Assembly: GCA_963815195.1 (NCBI GenBank)
Contig: CAWFGE010000015.1
Coordinates: 731,227-795,226, forward strand
Direction: 5' to 3'
Length of the DNA stretch: 64,000 nucleotides
Origin: an uncultured Planctomycetaceae bacterium
Lineage (GTDB): Bacteria > Planctomycetota > Planctomycetia > Planctomycetales > Planctomycetaceae
The first letter of the stretch is position 1. Each line of letters starts with the position of its first letter. This document shows, piece by piece, positions 59,936 to 64,000 of this stretch. A program made the position numbers and the translations under genes. Below the pieces are notes generated by a model, which was not told the DNA's origin, did no database searches, and saw nothing but the letters and a program-made list of their open reading frames with translations.

Positions 59936-61340
59936 CCACCCCTTTCAACATGTCACTTACCCCTGGATTTGGCCAGGGTTCGCGCGGTGGAGATATGGTG
60001 ATTCCGTTTGCCGCTCTTTTTTCGAGGCTGTGGTTTTTTCGGCCCGCGTTTCTTTTTGGGGTAACGCGTCAGGTCGATGCGTGTAGCGAGTCGCACCAAC
60101 TCGCTCGCAAGTTTTCGAGTGACATGATTTGATAGCCTTCCCAGGTTTCGGCGTCCACGGCAATGTTCATGCCCACCGTCGTGGCAGTCACGTCCTGCGT
60201 CAGGTGGTAGTCCGACAGTTCTTCATCGATCGTTTCTTCACCGTGAACCGATCGCAGCGCCGCTTTCACCACGGCATAGGTGTTATAAGCCAAAACCGCC
60301 GTGGCGAAGGCGAACAGCGCCGCCTTGGGGTAGCCCAGCGTCTCCACTTCGCAGCGCAACACCTCGGTCAGAGTTTGGAAGGCTTCTTCAATCGTCCAGC
60401 GCTTGCGATACAGAAAAGCCACTTTTCGCGCATTGGCGACTTTGACAGGCAAGTTGGTCAGGATGTGAATCTCAGTGTCACCATTCTCTGTGGGCGTATC
60501 CAATTGGATGGTGATCCGCCGGACTCGCAACGTCTCTTCACCCTGGGACAGCTCGGCCGACTGCTCGAAAACAACACCCGTTTCGATGCGTCCGATGCGT
60601 TTCCGGCGACCGACGAGTTTCCAGGTGAGTGTCGAAGCGTGTTGGCGAATGACAAAGTAGGCCGACTGCTTGACAATTCCAAACAGAAACTTGGTCGTGC
60701 AGAAGTTCCGGTCGGCGATTGTCACTGTCTCGGCCCGGATCCATTCCAGAAGCTCCGGCAGAAGCGAACGTTCCTGGGCATGGCCGTCTTCACACGGAAG
60801 CAGTTCCGAAATCAGATCCCACTGCGCGTCCAGAAGCGCCAAGGTCTGGCCGGGCAAAGGGCCTTCCCGCGTGACGCGCAATTCCGCCAGCCGATGCTCG
60901 GTCGCCGCCAAATGATTCCCATCCAAATACTGCACGTGATAGCCCGGCAAAAGTTCGCGGCACGCTCCCGGCATGGAATCGATGACTTGAGCCGCGTCCT
61001 GGCTCGTTTCCCGGATCATCGTCGCCGAAAGGCCGGGTTCCAGACGGTTCAACTTGCCATAAAGTGCGGCCGGCGAAACCGCCAGTTGCTCCTTGGCCGC
61101 CAAGTACCCGGCATGGACCGACTTGTGCGTCCGCGTCGCCACGCCCATCATCAGGGCCACCACTTGCGAAAACAGCAATTCTTTCTCGTATTGTCTCTGC
61201 GAAGCGTCGGCGAAAATCTCATCCAGGCGATCCGGCGACACAAGATTCTCGAGCGTCGCTCGAACCATCACTGCTGCTGGACATTGTTCCACAAAACGAT
61301 CAAGCACAGCGTCGGGCCACATCCTTGCCGCCTCCATAAG
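59936..61340 (-). mobile_element. IS4-family element, left end missing
   Basis: Right end CCACCCCTTTCAA; no matching inverted repeat upstream of the transposase. Confidence 0.75.
59953..61322 (-). CDS. IS4-family DDE transposase (indel near 60110)
   Basis: LDGN, IADRNF, YRKRWTIEEAFQ; shifted frame ends RGPKKP..HISTARTL, TGA 59953. Confidence 0.88.
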
Positions 61341-61370
61341 GTTTGATACAACAATCCCTGTAGAAGCGAC

Positions 61371-62128
61371 TTATAGCAAAAATCTAACAAAAACGAAAAA
61401 ATTCGCAATATCTTCAAAACGGTCAGCTCCGGGATACCCTCAACGAATTCAGGGTCGATTAAGTAAGCGGTTTCGCCATCATCCGAAAGCATGATGTTAC
61501 CAGGATGAAAATCACCATATGAATTAACACCAGAATAGTCTTTCAGATAATAGGTTAAAAACGAAACACCAAATGTTTGAAGTTTTTGTTTACGATCTTC
61601 AGAGATTGGCAATCCTTGGATCATTTTATACAAGAGACCCGAGTAACGCTTAATCATTACAGGATTAGAATAAGGAGAATGAAAGGTTGCTAAGGCATTA
61701 CCAGCTAATCTCAGTTTAATAATATTTTGTAAAGGTGATTCAGCAAAGGACTCACCATCAATGCCTTCATAGACAATAAAATTACCTCCAGCAGAAAAAA
61801 TTTGAGGGATATGAACACGTGGATTATTCTGAATACGCTTCATAAGCCAATCGTTAATAGTAACAAGCTTTTGAGCTTCTTTTTGGTCAGTAAATTCCTT
61901 AATGGCCAAACTGCCCTCAAATGGTCCTTCATCAGTATTGAATTTTACCTTTAATAAGAGAATACCTGTTTTACCTAACTTGGTCAGACTGAGGATTTGT
62001 TCTAGAACCAGGAATTTTGGTGTCAAACCGAGTTTTTGGCGAGCTATTTTATATCCGAGTTTATGAGTTTCAATAAATTCAGACATGATTTCTTGCATTC
62101 TATTTCTAATACGGATTCTTGAAGACAT
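61371..62128 (-). CDS. Aminoglycoside/choline phosphotransferase-like kinase in AT-rich segment (indel near 61430; 3' end uncertain)
   Basis: AIKE, LATFH, YGDFHPGNIM, LIDPE, then GADRFEDIANF in the shifted frame. Confidence 0.7.
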
Positions 62129-62712
62129 GGTGGTACCAGTTGGAACTGTTAAAACAGATAACAAAGATTTTTGCTGGATTAATAAAATTGTCAAAATTTT
62201 TTACGAATATAACGTAAACAAAGCTTGATTATAATAAACTAAAGAATCAGATACTTAATGCTATTATTTAAAATATTTTAAATCTAATTTATTTAATTTT
62301 TGAGTTATTAAAAAAATTATTAGTCCAATTACAAAAAAATGCCTTCTTGTATTTAAAGCTAGCATAAATCATAGGACAAAAAATGAAGAAAATCTTACAA
62401 ACAACAATTAAACAAAAAGAAACCTAAAATAAAGAATGAAATATCCATCAAAAAGGTCTTACTCAAACAGATGCAAGAAAGAGTGGAAACAAAGGTAAAA
62501 AAAAAAATAATCAAAGTTCTAAGTCAAAAAATGAATTTCTTTACTTTTTGATTTAAATCGATAAATGAAAGTCTTTGGAAAAATAACTAGTTAAAAAGAA
62601 AGCTTTAAAAGCGATACAGAATGGGATAGCCAGTAAGCTGCCTGTAGGTAAGTTAGTTAGTTAGCTTAGCCAAAGGACAGCTTCAAAGAAAAGGCTAATG
62701 GAGAACAAAATC

Positions 62713-62919
62713 ATGCCCGGTTCCTTCGCAAATGCAAAAGTCGAAAAGCTCATAAGAGATGCAGGTGCACAAAGAGTAAGTGCAGATGCAGTAGCAAAAA
62801 TGAACGAGGTTTTAACAGATTATGGAATGAAAGTTGCAAAATATGCCGTAGAAATTGCAAAGCATGGCGACAGAAAAACCGTAAAAGAAGAAGACGTAGT
62901 TTTGGCTTCTCAAAAATAA
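62713..62919 (+). CDS. Archaeal histone (HMf-like fold)
   Basis: A.VEKLIRDAGAQRVSADA...AVEIAKHGDRKTVKEED; GGAG RBS; T-run after the stop. Confidence 0.93.
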   Translation: MPGSFANAKVEKLIRDAGAQRVSADAVAKMNEVLTDYGMKVAKYAVEIAKHGDRKTVKEEDVVLASQK

Positions 62920-63818
62920 TTAGATTTTCGTTCAATTTTTTTTCTTTATTCTAGCTTAACTAAGGAAATTTATCTAAACCTACTGTAATAAAACATTTTT
63001 TATATTTATAATACCCTTTTCTGTTTTCAAAAACGAATTCACTAATTAGTAGTAAATCAATATAGAAAAAGCTAATTTATTTATCTTTATTGATAGTGTC
63101 TTGTATCGAGAATTGTTTTTTACAGGTATGAAGGTAAAACAATTTATGATGGATAACTAAGATGAATCCTATGAGAATTACTTAGCTGAGAATTACTAAT
63201 TTTAATTGTTTGGAACAATTGGTTATTGGAAAAAAGCTAGCTAAGAGATTCTAAATAAGAGAAAAGAAAAACAGTACGATTTTTTAACAATATTCAAACT
63301 GAAGTCGGTTCTAACCTAATCCTTATTCTAAAATAAAATCCCTTTTTAATAGCTCAATACAAAGCTTTTATGAATAGAAATTCAGGATACAAAATTAAAC
63401 AAAAAGAGAAAAAAAAGGATAATATAATAGAAATAACAGATTTCATTTTAATTAGAAATAAAAAACAGAAAAAGGACATTAATGTAATAGAAAAAAGCAA
63501 GTTAAGAAAGACAAGAAAAATTCACAAATAAAAAAAACCCATATGAAAAACTTGACTAGATTAAAAATACAACATCAAAAAATGCTACAGCCATGAAAGC
63601 AACTAGGGTCTTACCAAAATATTAAACATGATTCTAGAACTCAAAGTGATTATCAAAACAAAAAGGTTTTTAAAAGGCACTGCCCAATATGCAATTAACT
63701 TTCAATAAAAATGCTGAAACTTTAGGTTAAAAAAGTATAAACCTAACTTCAAATAAAATTGAATAGGCAATTTGTGAAAGTTACAAAATATATCTGTATA
63801 AATAAGGAGATATTAAAA

Positions 63819-64000
63819 ATGGCCGGAAAATTTGCATCAGCAAAAGTCGAAAAATTGATCCGCTCAGCCGGAGCCCACAGAGTTAGCGCAGACGCCGTTG
63901 ACAGACTTAACGAGATTTTAACCAACTATGGTACCGATCTTGCAAAATACGCAGTTGAGATTGCCAGACACAGTGGAAGAAAAACTGTTAAGGAAAACGA
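63819..64000 (+). CDS. Second archaeal histone (runs off window; absent from ORF track)
   Basis: MAGKFASAKVEKLIRSAGAHRVSADAVDRLNEILTNYGTDLAKYAVEIARHSGRKTVKEN; AGGAGA RBS. Confidence 0.93.
   Translation, partial: MAGKFASAKVEKLIRSAGAHRVSADAVDRLNEILTNYGTDLAKYAVEIARHSGRKTVKEN

Noticed and set aside
172..61346. Long antisense or alternate-frame ORFs (e.g. 25191-27146, 32490-33998, 43073-44875)
   Set aside because: Shadows of real high-GC genes with no recognisable motifs.
3425..61430. More than a dozen frameshifted genes (DUF1294, kinase, MFS, HEAT, IS110, cca, DUF1559, DksA, Hsp20, ltaE, dcm, IS4) as programmed frameshifts or mass pseudogenisation
   Set aside because: Scattered single indels, often at homopolymers, in otherwise intact and even housekeeping genes; typical of unpolished long reads.
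61268..62194. ORF-track 308-aa protein overlapping the IS4 transposase
   Set aside because: Its C-terminus is read-through across an indel and the junction, not a real fusion.

Overview
Positions 1 to about 61,340 are high-GC DNA with a Planctomycetota-type gene set (sulfatase, DUF1501, two DUF1559 prepilin-type genes, eukaryote-like Ser/Thr kinases, HEAT/TPR proteins) and many REP-like palindromes of several families. Numerous conserved genes are split by single indels, most likely long-read errors. Highlights: (1) an IS110 element (21840-23501) inserted into a REP palindrome, with a duplicated CT core, a promoter that only forms at the circle junction, and a bridge RNA whose four guide segments can be read off the sequence and match the actual target and donor; (2) a 2-Cys peroxiredoxin fused in frame to a Ser/Thr kinase; (3) a Wadjet/MksBEF-like jetABC trio with no jetD nuclease nearby; (4) a 238-bp MITE with TIRs and a 7-bp TSD nested inside two layers of palindromic repeats; (5) a co-oriented stress cluster (BON, CsrA, Hsp20, dodecin, pyruvoyl Arg decarboxylase, DksA/TraR); (6) a vsr-dcm module whose downstream gene is cut by an IS4-like element. 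At about 61,340 the sequence switches abruptly to AT-rich, archaeal-looking DNA with two archaeal histone genes. This is most likely a chimeric join, though it deserves a check. All family assignments come from motif recognition by eye; no searches were run.
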